Positions 39,045 through 53,301 of a DNA stretch of 64,000 nucleotides are shown in pieces. The notes under the pieces are model-generated. The model did no database searches and was not told the DNA's origin. It saw only the letters and a program-made list of their open reading frames with translations. The stretch lies in NCBI GenBank assembly GCA_965603825.1, contig CBFDEM010000034.1, forward strand, positions 62,001 through 126,000, given 5' to 3'. Source of the stretch: Blepharisma stoltei ATCC 30299. Its lineage: Eukaryota; Protista; Ciliophora. The stretch's first letter is position 1. Each line of letters opens with the position of its first letter. A program made the translations under genes and the position numbers.

Positions 39045-39435
39045 TTTAACAATTATTTTAAACAGAAAAATGGCAAAGATTGTATTCTGTTGTTTAGAGG
39101 AGGCTCAAAAAGAATTAGATGAAGGATTAGCTATAATTAAAAAAATATAAATAATTGATACCATTTTTCTCAAAATCTGTTAGAATCATAAGGACTGAAT
39201 TATTGATTGTTGAAAACGATCTATATATTTTGCACAATTATTTTAAATTACTTATATCTCAATTGTAGAAAATAAAACAGAAAAAAACTAATATAGAAAG
39301 CATATCAAAGTCAGATTTATCCAATATAAGATAAAATCACTATTTAGTTATAGCATACATATACACCAAATAAAGCTTATATAACCTTCTTTGACATTGC
39401 GTCTTCAAATAGTCTTCATCATTAAACTCTATTTT

Positions 39436-40002
39436 ATGATAAATATGATAGAAAATTCCCTTTTAGATAGCAAACTAAATGCCCTAATTTCAACAGCAAA
39501 ATCCAAAGTCCAAACTCTAACACAAGAAACCCTCGCTTTAGAGCGCGAAAACACACAACTTCAAGACCTCGTCACCGTTGCATTCCAAGATCAAGGCAAT
39601 CTAATGGTCGAAATTAATGCCTTAGAAAGCCAGCTTAAACAAATACGAAACATCAACGAAAATTTAAAAGATGAGCGTAACGAAGCCTTCGAAAAAGTTC
39701 GAAAGGCCGAAGACGATTTTATGAATGTAACAAAAGCTTATCAGCAGCAGGAGAATAAAATTCATAGCGAAATGGAAGAATTAAAGGACTGAGAAAAAAA
39801 ATTCAGAGATATGAGGAAATTCAGAGAAGAAAACCATAGCAAAGAGATGGAAAAATTGAAGAAAAGATATGAAGAACTGAAAAAATCAATTAAGGGATGC
39901 GAAGAAAGCAATGTTGAAGTGAAGCGGCAGCTGTTAGAAATCGAGCTGAAGGATGCGTATAGGATTAATAGTTTAGAAGAAGAATTGAGGAATTTTTGTT
40001 AA
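39436..40002 (+). CDS. Coiled-coil protein
   Basis: Two ORFs joined via TGA 39790; heptad pattern; start 39436 or 39445. Confidence 0.75.
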
Positions 40003-40026
40003 TATTTAATAGCAGAGGAAAAATAA

Positions 40027-42863
40027 TTAAATGGTTTGTCTTGAATGATTGATAATGAAAGGCAGCTGATCTGGGATTTCTTGCTCAAGTTTTGGCATAT
40101 TTTGAGAGCGCGCTGTGGTATCTTCTAAGCGAAAAGTGCTCGGCATAGAAGAAATCTCTCCAAAAACTACTGGAATTTCCAGCATATTTGCAGGGGTTGG
40201 CTTATCTAGTTCAATTTTTTTGTCATGATCATATAAATTTGAATGCTCAATATCAGTTAATTCACTGCTATCCTCTAAAGGAGGGTCATCTGAGCAATAA
40301 ATTTTAATAGGAGGATCCATAATGATATTTTGCAAACTATTATGAAACTCTTCGCCTTCAGAACTGTCATTACCTAATCTATCGCTATCATCTGGATTAT
40401 CATGATTAGAAAATGATGGTAACGAATTTGACTCGTTCCCTTTTTCTGCATGATTATCAATTGAGTCAAGCAGAGGTTTATAATTTGGATTTTTATCCAA
40501 ATTGTAACTTGTTAATCCATATTTCTCCAGAACTTCTTTTGCTTGCTTAAATGGTTTTGAATCATCATCCTTAAATAATCATCTGATTGTAAATTCTTTT
40601 GTTATTTTATCTGAATATATAAATAATAAAATAAGCATGACAAAGCTGGTCACAATCAAAATTAAAAATTTTTTCCATGATCCATTTTTATCCTATCTTC
40701 AATACTCATTTCTAACGGATCAAAATAATTGTTATTTACAAACCCAGTTGGGAAAACATCTGGACACCCATATGCATATAAAGAAATGCAGCAGTGAATC
40801 AATGCGCAGAGAGGCATCAGCTTAATAGTTCAGCTGTATATATGATGACTATATTGTGGCGGTTTTCTATAATGCCGAAGAATTAAAAATTTATCAGTCC
40901 AGTATATTGTGAATAAAGCTGATAACGCAATGATATTCAATAGAGGAATCCCTCCAGAAAAAATAAAACAAGTAAAGAGGACTGTCAAAATCATTGAAGT
41001 TCTGGTAGAGAGCACAAAAACTGGACCAAGAAAGGCATTGTTTATTTCATATTGTGTTTTGAATTTTAAATAGCCTTTTGTCCGATAATAGAGGCCTTTC
41101 ATATAAAGGACTAGAAAATTGAAAATTAAATGAGGAGATACGACGTTTATGCACATCATAATGCTAAAAATAGAGCCTACCTTGACATATCATAACTTTT
41201 CGAAGTCGCCAAACTGCTGATCAGTCACTTCAGTGCCAATACTTTGGCCGCTTCAATCTATATGTGTTAAAATTGGTACTAAAACAGTATTAAAAAGCAT
41301 TGCAAAAAATATTTTCAGCAATGTATGGGTTTGTTTTATATTAAAGCTCTTATGCCTTTCAAATTCACTTAAAGTTGTTAAAAGTAGTCTAAGTGAATAA
41401 TTCACAATAACAATTCCAGCACATATAAAGAAATTTACAACTCCTGCTGATAGCCTTTTTAATGCATATTTTTTGCATTCATTAAATATTGCTGGATTAA
41501 ATCAATCATCAGTTGATCTCTCTCTGCACCAGCACAAAACCATTTCAGCTGTCATATTTTTATCCTGCTTTATTTCCCAAATTTTTCGGTCATAATCAAC
41601 ATTCATGTGAATGCAGCCATAAGAATCATAATCAATCAATTTTTTTCTTCGCATTAAAAATATGAGCCCTACTGATAATGCCATAAAAATCAAGGTAATT
41701 GTAATAGAAAAACATTTTCTCGACTTTTTCTCAATGCGATTTATTTCCAAGTTTTCCCACATAATATCTGAAGGTTCAGTGCAAGAGCGTACGCTTAATT
41801 GGAATTCATTTTTGAACTTTAATTGGGGATCTTTATTTGATAATGAACTGAAAATGCCTTTTCGGTATTCTCATAATGCTTTTTTTCTTGCTTCTTTTGT
41901 TTTAAATATAATATATGCCTTATATATATCAAATTCATTGTGCTTTTTCTTCAAATTTAAGATGGAAATGCGCTCGTTTAGTTTTGTTTTCTTTTGACGA
42001 AGTTTTTCCATTTTTCGATCATCAGTGCAAAAGCTTGAAGAAATTCCCAAGAAAATTTTTTGCGCTCTGATTTCTTTTTTAACCTCAGCTTTTTCTTTGA
42101 ATAAATATAAAAGATCTCCATACGACCTGCCCAAATAAGTTTCATAAACTTTCCCGAAGCGCTCAAAATGTTTTTTAACCTCCTCTTCAGTTATATTTTC
42201 TTTTGGAAGTCCTTCAACTTCTATAGCATACTCAGAAACCCGATCATTTCCTAACTCACTATCATGGATTTTTATTTTATTTACAATTAGGATTACAATT
42301 AATCCTAATAAAAATATACTTGTGATAACTGCATCAGCAATCCACACCCATTTGTACTGCTCTTCAGTCCTCTCTAAAATGTGGTTAATATCCTTTTCAT
42401 TCATTATTACACTATGGTTTTTTGATTTAGTATCATTTTTAATGTATAAATCTAAAAGATCCTGGTCATAACTCCAAGAGTTTGCCAAGCTATACCTTGA
42501 GCCATTTTGGCTTTCATCTTCTCTAATGAATTCTCCAGTAGAATTAATAACCATTGGAATGATACTTAAGCCTGCAACAATGCAAAATAATATGATCATT
42601 TGTTTTAGGAATAAAAAGTAAAGCTCTAATCCAACCCCATATTTCCCAAGGCTTTCTGGAGAAGTTGATCAAACGCTATATAGCTTTTTATCAGTTTCTT
42701 TATCAACAATTGAGTTATTAAGTCTAAATCGCTTTGCTTCTTCGAGATTTGCAGGATATTTAAGCTCTTTTAACCTCTTAATATCAATTTCTTTGTTTTC
42801 GTTTTCATTTGTACCTAATACAAGATTTGCAATCACTGCAAAAGCACTCTGCTGTGATCCCAT
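40027..42863 (-). CDS. OSCA/TMEM63 (CSC1) channel paralogue A, with one frameshift near 40662-40676
   Basis: GKYGVGLELYFLFLK, EPSDIMWENL, FIFSGGIPLL, YWTDKFLILRHYRKPP; multiple TGA=W. Confidence 0.85.
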
Positions 42864-43434
42864 TAATTATATATGCAAAATAAATATATATTAATTTCTT
42901 GTCTCTAAACTAAAAATTCCTAGCAATCTCATAGGAAAATTTATGATTATAAACTCCCTTTATTTTGTCTAAAAATATAGACGAATTAATTCATATATGC
43001 TCAAATTTTAAAAAATGATTAATGCCTTAAATATAATCATCATAAAAATTGAAATAAAATAATTTTGTGATTACTCATAAGTTTATAGCCTGATATTCAA
43101 AATATATTATTATAAATTGATAATTTTTTACGTTTTTCATCTAAAAAATTGATATCATTAGAAATTGTTTAAAATCTGGTCTGAGTCAACAAATTAATAA
43201 TCAATTTTTGCTTATAAAAATTTTATTGAAGCAGAAATAAAAATCGAAATTCTAAATATTTTTAATAATTTTTAAAGGTAATAATAAACATGCTAATAGT
43301 AGAATGAGAATTTAAAATAATTATTTTTCATTTTAAATAGAACTTAAACTATCAAATAAAGCCTCATTAATTCACAATTTTTTAAAGAGCATCAAATTAA
43401 GCTCGATTGAATTACTCAAATATGAATTAACTAA

Positions 43435-46257
43435 TTATCCACTGTACGAGCCGTTGGAAATGCCAACTAAAATGGACTGTGAGCCTTCTTCATTATATAC
43501 TACTTCTGGCGTTCTGCCTTCAGGAGTTGATCTTGTAGCATTTTTTTCATCTCAATAAAAAATGTCACAGCTATTTAAATCTGTTGATTTTGCTTTAGAC
43601 TGGTGAAGACTGCTATGCTCTACATATTCTGATCCGATGTTAGGCAAAGATGTGCTAAGCCTTATTTGAGGCTCGTTATTTGCCCTTCTACGATCTTCAT
43701 CTTGATTTAGATATTGAAGTTCATCAGACCACGACGAAGTTATAATCCTTCGTTCATTTACCACTGTCAGTTTATTAGCTGTTTTTGTTCTTCTTCAGCC
43801 AAATTTTCCATCTTTTACATCTTTGTTCATTTCATTAATCAAAAACGAGTAATTTGGATTTTGCTCTAAATCATAACTTGTAAGTGCATATTTTTTAATA
43901 TTATTTTTTGCGCTAGAAAATTTTTTTGTTTCTTTATAGCCTCTTAAAAGCAAAATTCTTTTGCATTCTTTAGTTAGCTTTTCTGAAAAAATAAACAATA
44001 AAAATAAAACCAAGCTTATAATAATTAAAATAAAAAACATAATTCCATGGTCCATAGTGATCCTCTCCTTTAGGCTTTGATAATTCAAATCAGCATAATA
44101 ATAAGATTCTCCAAGCATAGTATTTGCTAAAATGCGCAGTTTCTGTGGAAATACATCATCACATCCATAGGCATAAAGAGAAAAGCAAGAATGGAAGAAA
44201 GCGCAGAGTGGCATAACTTTTATAGCGCTACTGTATACATGATGACTATAGTATGGAGGTTTTCTATAGTGCCTCAAAATTAAAAATTTATCAGTCCAAT
44301 ATATCACAAATAATGCTAAAAAAGCAATTATATTCAGCAGAGGGATTCCTCCAGAGAAAATAAAGCATGTGAAAATTACTGTCAAAATCATAGAAGTCCT
44401 TGTAGCAAGTCGAAATTCTGGGCCTATAAAAGCATTATAAATTTCATACTGTGTCTTATAAGTCTGAGAGCTTCGAAACCTTTTTCATAACCCTGTCATG
44501 TACATGACCAAAAAGTTAAAAATTAAATGAGGAGAAACAACATTAATGCACATCATAATATAGAACATAGAGCCTACTTTTACATACCAGTACTTTGTAA
44601 TATCATTAAACTGCCGATCAATCAATTCATCTTGACCATCATTATTATATGATAAATGAACTATAATGGGAACCAAAGCAGTATTAGTTAGCATTGCTGC
44701 AAATATTTTTAGCATCAAATGAGTCTGTTTTATATTATAGCTCTTACGCCTTTCAAACTCAGATAGAATAGTAAATAACTGCCTCAAAGTATAATTGATA
44801 ATCACGATCCCGCAACAAATGAAAAAGTTAACTGCTGCAGAGGACAGCTTTTGCATGACGTAGTCCATGCATATTGATCTGATTTGAGGTTTTTGTGCCC
44901 AGTCTGATGCTGGCTGTTGGCTACACCAGCATTGCATTTGAGCACCATCTGAGTCTCAACTTGTTTCATTAGCTAAGACATGGTTTAAAGGATAATCATC
45001 GTCATGATGATCATACATGCATCGGTAGGCGTCATATGTGTTTTGGCTTCCTCTTTTCATTAAAAATATTAGCCCAACAGAAATACTCATTAAAATAACG
45101 ACTATAATCACTGAGGAAGTAATCCTCGAAACTCTTTCTCAATAAGCGATTTGCAAATTTTCCCAAATAATATCAGATGGCTCGGTGCTGGAATAAACTT
45201 TTAGTTTGTGTTCTCCTTGGAATTTTAAGCTTGAGTCATTATTTTTTAGGAAGCATCATTTTTTCCTGTATTTTGTAATAGCTCTTGCCCGGCCTTCTTG
45301 AGATTCGAAAATGATATAAGCTCTGTTCACAGGAAGTTCATGATTAAGTTTGTTAAAACTCGAATTTTTAATATTTTTTTCTAATTTTAACAGTTTTATT
45401 TGCAGCTTTTTAAGTTTTTCATTGTTTACTGACTCTAAATCATTATCCAAAAAAATTTGATGAATTTTAATTTTCTTTGAAACTTCTGCTTTTTCTCGAT
45501 AGAAATACAAAAGATCTCCATAAGAGCGGCCTAAGTAAATTTCGACTATGTTTCCAAAACATTTGAAATGATCAAGCACTTCAAATATATCGATACTTTT
45601 ATCAGGAAATCCTCCGACTTCAATTGAATAGTCTGCTACTCTATCATTTCCTAACGTATTATGATTGATTTTTATTTTATTAACAATCAGAATTATGACC
45701 AAGCCAATTAAAAATATGCATGTATAAGCAGCATCAACAATTCAAGTTTCTTTATAGTTTTCATCAATATCATCCTGTATCTCGTTTATCCTTTCATCAG
45801 TAATATTTCCTCTACATAAATCAAAAATGCATCTATCGCTTTTTTTGAGTCAGTATGGATTAGCCAAAGTAAATCTTGAACCACTCTGGCTTTCATCATC
45901 TTCAATTCAGGTTCCTTTTGAGTTAGTGTAAGCTGGATAAATACTTATACAAGCAATAATGAAGAATAAAATAGCCATTTGTTTCAAAAAGAGAAAATAC
46001 AATTCAAGCCCAACTCCATATTTTCCAAGTTTTTCAGGAGAAGCAGATCATATATTATATGCCTTTGGGTTTTTATTATCAGCCTCTAAATCAGCTACTG
46101 AATATTTAGCTCTCAAATTTTTAGCCTCATCAAGGCTGGGAGGTTTTTTAAGCTCTTTTAGCCTTTCTTCATCAAAAATTTTCTTTAATTCATATTCATT
46201 TGCTGAGCCTATCACAAGTGTTGCGACAGCTGAAAAAATCGATTGCTGCGACCCCAT
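43435..46257 (-). CDS. OSCA/TMEM63 (CSC1) channel paralogue B, intact, ~940 aa
   Basis: Same motifs (EPSDIIWENL); all ORF fragments in one frame joined by TGA; ends TAA 43435. Confidence 0.9.
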
Positions 46258-46682
46258 AGTTTAATTTTATAATGAAATTAAGTTACTAAAAATCTGCTGG
46301 AATGATAGAAAGAGCAAAACGTTCATAATCCTTTATAAAATACATATTATAATTGCTCTTTATTTTCTGCAAAATTATAGATTTATTTTTTTGTAAAGCT
46401 TTTTGCCGAAGTTTTGCTAGAGATTGAATATTTTAATTTTAATAAATGTGATCTATCTAATAATATCGGACAATAGCTTAATCAATAATTGCTATCTTTT
46501 TTTTAAATTATTTTTTATCTTTAATTTATATTCAGGTTTTACAATCAGTATTTATATAATTGGAACATCAATTGACGTAACTTTATGCTCACTTTGGGGT
46601 TGATTTATAACCTTTTCAATTTTACAAGGCCATCAAGCAAAAAATTCCTTATAATTTAAGAATCAAATAATTTAATCAAAAA

Positions 46683-49094
46683 TTAAAGCCTCATAGTCGG
46701 TAATTTATTTCTTTTAATTGCATTTTTTCGAGAAGCAGGAACTGCTGTACTTGTCCCTGTATGTAGCATATCAGGCGTAGTTGACTCACATCTCTTTGTT
46801 GGTAGTCCAAAAGACCCAGTTGGGCTCATTACCAGCGAATTTAATATTTTGGAAAACCCAGGCCCAAACGAAGAAGTCTTATTTGCAGGAAAACGATTCC
46901 ACGCTTCATAATATCACCTTTGCTGGTCGACTTTTTCTGGTAAAAATTGTCCACAGGAGGCACACTCCATATCCAGTCTTTTTTTAGAGAAAAATGCATC
47001 TTCTCCTCTGCTAGAAGTCATTTCATTCTTTTTCACATTATTTGCCACATCATCAATTCGATTCTTCAGCAGTCTATAAATCCTTTGCATTTCTGCCTTA
47101 TCTACCTTCTTTCCTAGCTCCTGCTTGTTTATTTTTGAATCAAGCATTACATAGATTTCTTGTATTAATTCTACTTCTTTACTAGACAGACTTTTAGAGC
47201 TTTCCTGCTTGTTGATCATTTCTTTCATTTCTTTTTTAAGCTCTTCTAAGTAGCTTAATTGTGCATTTGCTTCGTAAACTTTAAAAATTTTATCATCACT
47301 GCCTGGGGCTAGTCTATTTGCCAGAAATCTTATAGCACTCCCATGCTTTTTTAGTGTCGCAATAATTTTGCTTGTGTTGTTTGGGTCTTGCATTTCATCA
47401 ATCGCCGTTTCACTGTCAATATGAAAAAGGTTTTTTTCGTTTTCTATATCTTTTTTCACATGCTCTACTGAGTCTTTTAGTTTCACAATATCTGTTCTTA
47501 GTCCTATAATCATGCTGCGGAAATACTGCTCACTTTCAGCCGAAAAAGTGCTTTGTACTTCTTTCACAATTTTTTCATTTTCTTCACTTCCTCTTCTATT
47601 ATGGCTTATTTCTAAGTTTAGCAGCCTCTGTTCTATTGTGCTGACTTTGACATCGGTAATATAATTTAAATCATTTTCTACATCTTTTCTCCATGCTTCT
47701 ATTTTGGCAAATGCTTCTAAAAAGTCTTTGTTTTCTTTTCAAAAGCCATTAAGCCTCTGCTCAAATTCATTGAGTTTTTCAGTCACTTCTTCAGGGACAG
47801 TTTGATGTTTCGCTGCATCTTTGATTTTTAAGCCAATTGAGTTGACTGTTTCTTCAAGCTCAATTTTTGTGGCTAATGTAGGGAGGGTTTTGTGTATAAA
47901 ATCGATGATTTCTTCATGTCTAGATAAAGATGAAGTTAAAGATGAAATATCAAAGCTTCCACTTCGTGGGCGTAAAAGATGAGGATTTTCAGCTGGAGGG
48001 TCAATCGTTTCTACGATTTTAAGGACAGCTTGGGTGGGTGCTTGGGATTCTTTTATTTCTCTAATTAACTTCTGATGCTCTTCTATGCTTTTTGATATTT
48101 TTTCTAAATTATCTTTAAATCTTTTGGTTTCCTTTGTGGATCTTTCTAGCTTAAATATTCTGTCGATTATTGATAAATATTTTTTGGACTTTGGAGCTTT
48201 TTCGCTATCAGAATCTTCATGGACAATATCTGAGTTGCCAGCCTCAAGCAGAATTTTGAGAGATCTCATTTCGTCGACTAATTTTGCGTATCTTTCTTGG
48301 ACTTCGATTGCGACATCATCCATAACTCTTTTGTCTTTTAAATTCAAATCATCAACTTTCAGAAGGTTTCGGATTTCTCTAGCCTCTTGTGCTTCAAAAT
48401 AATCATTATATTTGCTTTCTAGTGCTGTAACTCTGCTGCTTAAAGCATGAAAATGACTTATCGGCACTTCTGCTGCAATTGTATTGCTCCTTATATCAGT
48501 TCTTCTAATAGAAGGCCGTCTTAACATTGCAGGATTTATATCAATAGGAGCTGTTACAGTATCCATCACATTTACATGGTCAGCTACCTCATTTACTCTA
48601 TCAGTTGCAAAATGTAAATCATTTCTTAGCTTATCAATTTCATCAATTGTCCTCGCAACTTGATTGGTAAACCCCTTGTCAGTTTCTGAAATTTTTATTG
48701 CGAATTCTCTTCTCAATTCATTAGAAATTTGATCATAATTTCTCCTTCCTTCTAGCTTTATTTCATCAGTGCTCGCTTCGAATGAATTTTTTAAATTTTC
48801 TATGTCAATGGAAAATTGGAAGTTTTTTTCTTCAAGGACTCGAAATCTTTCACTTCATGATGTTACTTTGTCTGAAATTTTATTTATTGTTTCAAGGCCT
48901 TCTTCAAAGGTGGTGCATTTTTCTTGAATTATTTTAATTGAGCTGTCCATATCTTCGGATTTTGTCTGAAAAACAGCTTGGGCTGCTTTTATATCTTTGA
49001 TGTGGTTGTCTTGAGATTTAATTTGGGTGATAATCCATTCGAGTACTTTAGTTAATTCTGAGTAATTGAAAAGTCTATTTAGATCAAATGACAT
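46683..49094 (-). CDS. Long coiled-coil protein with C-terminal CASC...GPGFSKIL motif
   Basis: Three ORFs in one frame joined by TGA; ends TAA 46683. Confidence 0.8.
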
Positions 49095-49356
49095 ATTGGT
49101 AATCAGTTTATTAGATTAGTGCAAATTACAAGGTTAATATACTTTTATTTTTAACAAATAAAGAAAAATTGTCTATGTATAATATGCTAAAAAATAAAAA
49201 AATTTAATTTTAACGTAATATACTTATCTTCGCTCATAAATAAAGTGAAACTTCCTAATTTATATAAAATTTTACAAATAAAATGCTCTAAAATTAATTT
49301 AAAATCAACCTCAAAATATTATTCAAGATATACATTTAGCTGTAAATTAGAATCAT

Positions 49357-49854
49357 CTAATTAACTCCTTCTGATTCAACGCTGAAAAACCCATTTTTGG
49401 TTAAAACTAGTGATTTAGGAGTTTTTCCTGTTCCTGTTGCTTGAAATTCAATCTTTTTGGTCTGGTCCCCAAGAAGATCAATCTCTGCTATTGTTTCGTT
49501 TGGGATACCCTTTTTACTGTCATTTGCCCCTGCTTCTTTTAAAATTCGATAAATATTGTCATTTTGAGTAATTAGAGCTAATTGCATAGGTGTTTCACTA
49601 TTAGAATCTATCACATCAAGGTTAGGCTTTAATTCCAACAATTTTTTCAATGTAACTGGTTTATTTAGCCAAACAGCTAAGTGCAAAAGTGTTCAATTAT
49701 TCTATTTTTTCATTACGGCTTCAAGAGATATTTTGGTATCTTCATGCGTGAAAGGAAAATATGGATCATCTGTAATAATTGCTTCTATAGCTTTAGCTGT
49801 CTAAGTTATACATACTCTTTGCTTTTTTTGACGAGATGCCATAATTGTACCCAT
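49357..49854 (-). CDS. Small ankyrin-repeat protein, two 15-nt introns
   Basis: NNWTLLHLAVWL (W = TGA), ETPMQLA, LKEAGA; introns 49801-49815 and 49702-49716. Confidence 0.8.
49702..49716 (-). other. 15-nt intron gtaatgaaaaaatag
   Basis: Its terminal TAG is an in-frame stop if unspliced. Confidence 0.85.
49801..49815 (-). other. 15-nt intron gtatgtataacttag
   Basis: Its terminal TAG is an in-frame stop if unspliced. Confidence 0.8.
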
Positions 49855-50060
49855 TTAAATAATAAAAAGTAAAGGAACTAAATCCAGAAATATTAACTTT
49901 ACTGTTAGCATCATTGAAGGCACCTAAAAAATTACTTATTAATTTAACTTAAAATTTACAAAATAATAAATTATAGGAATTTTTATTTAAGGGGCTTCTT
50001 TATTTCTATCATTCTGACTCTAAGATTATCTATATACCAATATTCTATCAAAAAAATATA

Positions 50061-50393
50061 ATGGGTAAAAGATATCTTGAATATATAGATTCTTCAAAGT
50101 ACATTTATAAATGCAAATTCTGTAAGTGTCATTTATCAAGTAAAGATCATCTTATATCGAAAAACTTTACATCTGGCAGTTGTCGAGCTTATTTATTTAC
50201 TAATGCTTTTAACGTTTATTACGGAGAATCAAAGAGAAAAGAGCTACTTACAGGACTTCACGATATTTCTTATGTTTATTGTGAAAATTGTGAAAGAAAA
50301 ATGGGATGAAAATACATTTGAGCTGCAAAACCTGAAGAAAAATACAAAGAAGGTAATATAATCCTTGAAAGAAATTCACTTTATAAATTTTAA
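50061..50393 (+). CDS. YPEL: Yippee-like zinc-binding protein
   Basis: CKFC, LISKNF, RAYLF, LLTGLH, CENC, GWKY (W = TGA 50307), KYKEG. Confidence 0.92.
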
Positions 50394-50451
50394 ATATTTA
50401 TCTGAAGCAATTTTTATTAAAAAACTAGAACCAATCTTATTTAAATAAATT

Positions 50452-51795
50452 ATGAACGAAACAAAGCTTGAGGAAAAAATCGCATCGTTACGTGCGACTT
50501 TGAATAAGTTAGGAACCTCACTTGTAGAAGAAGTAACTATGATTTAGGATTACACAATTGATGAAGACCTTAATGATTCCCGCCTTTCAGATGCCCTACC
50601 TTCAAACTTGAAAGGAGTGAGTTTTCGAAGCGAAAGTCTTTATTCAGAAGAAGCAAATACCAGCCCTAAAAGTGATGTTCGTGAACTTAGAATGCTTTTA
50701 GATTATGAACGAAAAAGAAGCGAAAATTTAGAAAATCGAATTGCAAGTAAAGATCAATTATTAGGGGAAATGTCTGCACTACAAAACGAGCTATATGCTA
50801 ATATAGAAGACTTGCAGAATAAATTAGAACAAAAACAGCCAGATGTTCAAAGAGAAAATGAGTATATTGCTTCAATAAAAGAAGGATATGTGAAAGAAGT
50901 AGAGTTAATGAATGAACAATTACATCAAAAAAGCCATGAGATTTTAAACTTAAATTTCATGATTGAGCAAGCTAATTTTAAAGAAAAAGAGTATTTAGCG
51001 CAAATTAGTGATTTAAAGATTCAGATAGAAATGAAGGCTGGATATGAAAATTTAGATGCAATTTATGAGCTAAGAAAACAAATTCAAGACCAAAATGCAG
51101 AAATTTTGAAATTAAATAAAGAAAAAGAAGAATATCAATTTAGCCAAGACAGCTTCCGTACAAATGATGCAATTTCTATGAGGAAAGAAATTTCTGTTTT
51201 GATGAAAACTGTTGATGAACTTCATATTATTAATCAAGAAAAAGAAAAAATAATAGAAGAGCTTAAAAAAGAAATCAACGAGCTAAATAATCAAATTTTT
51301 GAAGAAAAAGAAAAAAATAGAGAACAAAGCTACATAAATGAAAGAACTGTAAAGGCGCAATACGAATATAATAAATCAGCAAATGAAATTGAAGCTTTAA
51401 AAGAAAAGCTAGATGAGCTTTCAGAAAAAATGAATAATAAGTCATTTAAATGTGAAATTTGTGAAGACCTTTCTTTAACTCTAGGAGTCTCTGATCCCAA
51501 AAAAATTTACCCCAAAATTACTCAAATGCTAAAAGATATAGAAAAGCAAAAACAAATAAATGAGCTGTACCAAAAAGTCGAAAATTTAATTATTCAGTTT
51601 TCACCAGAAGGAGCATTTGTGAACGCACCAACTCCTCATCAAATATGAAGATGGCTAATAAGATTATTTGAAGAATACATGGCTCTTAAGAAAAGTGTTG
51701 ATGGTCAATTTTTAGAGAGGGTTTATAATATCCTTAAAGTCAAAGATCCAAATGCTGCACTTCAAGCTATAGAAAGTTTTGTAAAGAAAATATAA
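50452..51795 (+). CDS. Coiled-coil protein, tandem paralogue 1
   Basis: ATG 50452, intron 50533-50547, QIWRWL via TGA 51646, TAA 51795. Confidence 0.8.
50533..50547 (+). other. 15-nt intron gtaactatgatttag
   Basis: In-frame TAG if retained. Confidence 0.85.
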
Positions 51796-52079
51796 TTTAA
51801 ATTTCATTTTTAAAGCTAGATTGGAGTTTTAGCACAAAATTTATATAACTAGATCGAAATTTGGATATCTATTACGATAGGAAAGTTATAACTCCATTCC
51901 TTCCTGAGACTAAAGGGATTTATTATTAAGACATTATGAAAAATAATCGCAGGCAACTTCTCATGGCTTCTAATATCTTATCCGCTCTAAAAAATTACAA
52001 ATGAAAAATATAATAAAAAGATTATTCCTTTTTAGAAGAGTTCTTTCTATAATTTTTATTCATAAAATTTAATTGAATT

Positions 52080-53301
52080 ATGAGTATTGAAGAAAGCATA
52101 CGGTCAATTCATAACGCTCTAAATAAACTGGGAACTACTATTGAAAATGTAATAAAAATTCAGGATTATTCAGTATCTGAAGACTTTGATTATCTGCGCA
52201 GTTCAGAACCTATACCTATTCTCTGCAATGAAAGTTTTGAATTTGAAGAATCGATTATTCGCCAAAAGGGCGATGATAACGAGCTTGCTATTCTTCTTGA
52301 GCAAGAGCGAAAAAGGTGCGAAGAACTAGAAAAAGAAATAAATAGGAAGAATCAGTTAATAGACGAAATGAAAGACTTGCAAAATGAATTATTCGCCAAT
52401 TTTGAACAGCAAAATAATTCTTATTCACTAAAAGAAAGTGGATATAAAGCTTTAGAAGAAAGATATACTCAAAGATTAGAATTTGCCGATTTGCAATGTT
52501 GGTTATTAAATCGAGAAATTATTGAATTAAATTCCAAGGTAGAACAAAATCATTTGGAAGAAGAAAAATATTTAGCTCAAATTAGCGATTTAAAAATGAA
52601 TTTGGAATTTAAAAATATAGAGATTTTGAGATTAAAAACAGAAAATGAAGAATGAAAATGCAATAAAAATGATGAAATTGCATTGAAAAATGAAAATCTT
52701 CGTTTAGTGAAAAAAATTGATGGCCTATACAAGACTGTTGCAGAAAAAGAAAGAGATATAGAGATAATCAAAGAAGTGAAAAATGAGTTCGAAAATAAAA
52801 TTTTAAAATGACAGAGGTATAAGTTATAATAGTGGACTTGAAAATATTAAAAAAAATCTAGAGAAGCTAGAGAAGCATTGAGAAGAGATTTATGACGCTT
52901 TGTGTGATCGTGAATGTGCCAAAATGAATAGCGCGATAGCTGAAATTAGAAGCAGTATAGATGAATTCGAGCAATCTGACAGTGAATTTTCCATGGAATC
53001 CCTTAGTCACTCAGAAGATTCCTTAACTCATAAAACTATTTTGGAAATGGAACAAGGACAAATAATTGATCTTTACAAAAAACTAAAAAATTTAATGGTA
53101 CAGTTTTTGCCTGAAGGAACTTCAATGGAAGATTTAACTCCTAGTAGAATATGGAAATGACTGATAGTAATTTTCGAAGAGCATATGGAACTGAAAATGA
53201 GTTTGGAAGGCAATTTTGTAGAAAAGTTATTTAAAACACTCAAGGTTAAAAGTGCAAAATCTGCTATGAGAATTATAGAAAATTTTCTAAAGAAATTATA
53301 A
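52080..53301 (+). CDS. Coiled-coil protein, tandem paralogue 2
   Basis: Homologous to 50452..51795 (LNKLGT, YLAQISDLK, IWKWL); 16-nt intron 52817-52832 restores the frame. Confidence 0.8.
52149..52163 (+). other. Probable 15-nt intron gtaataaaaattcag (stop-free)
   Basis: Same position as the paralogue's intron; matches the consensus. Confidence 0.65.
52817..52832 (+). other. 16-nt intron gtataagttataatag
   Basis: Removal joins the 52080 frame to the 52900 ORF. Confidence 0.8.
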
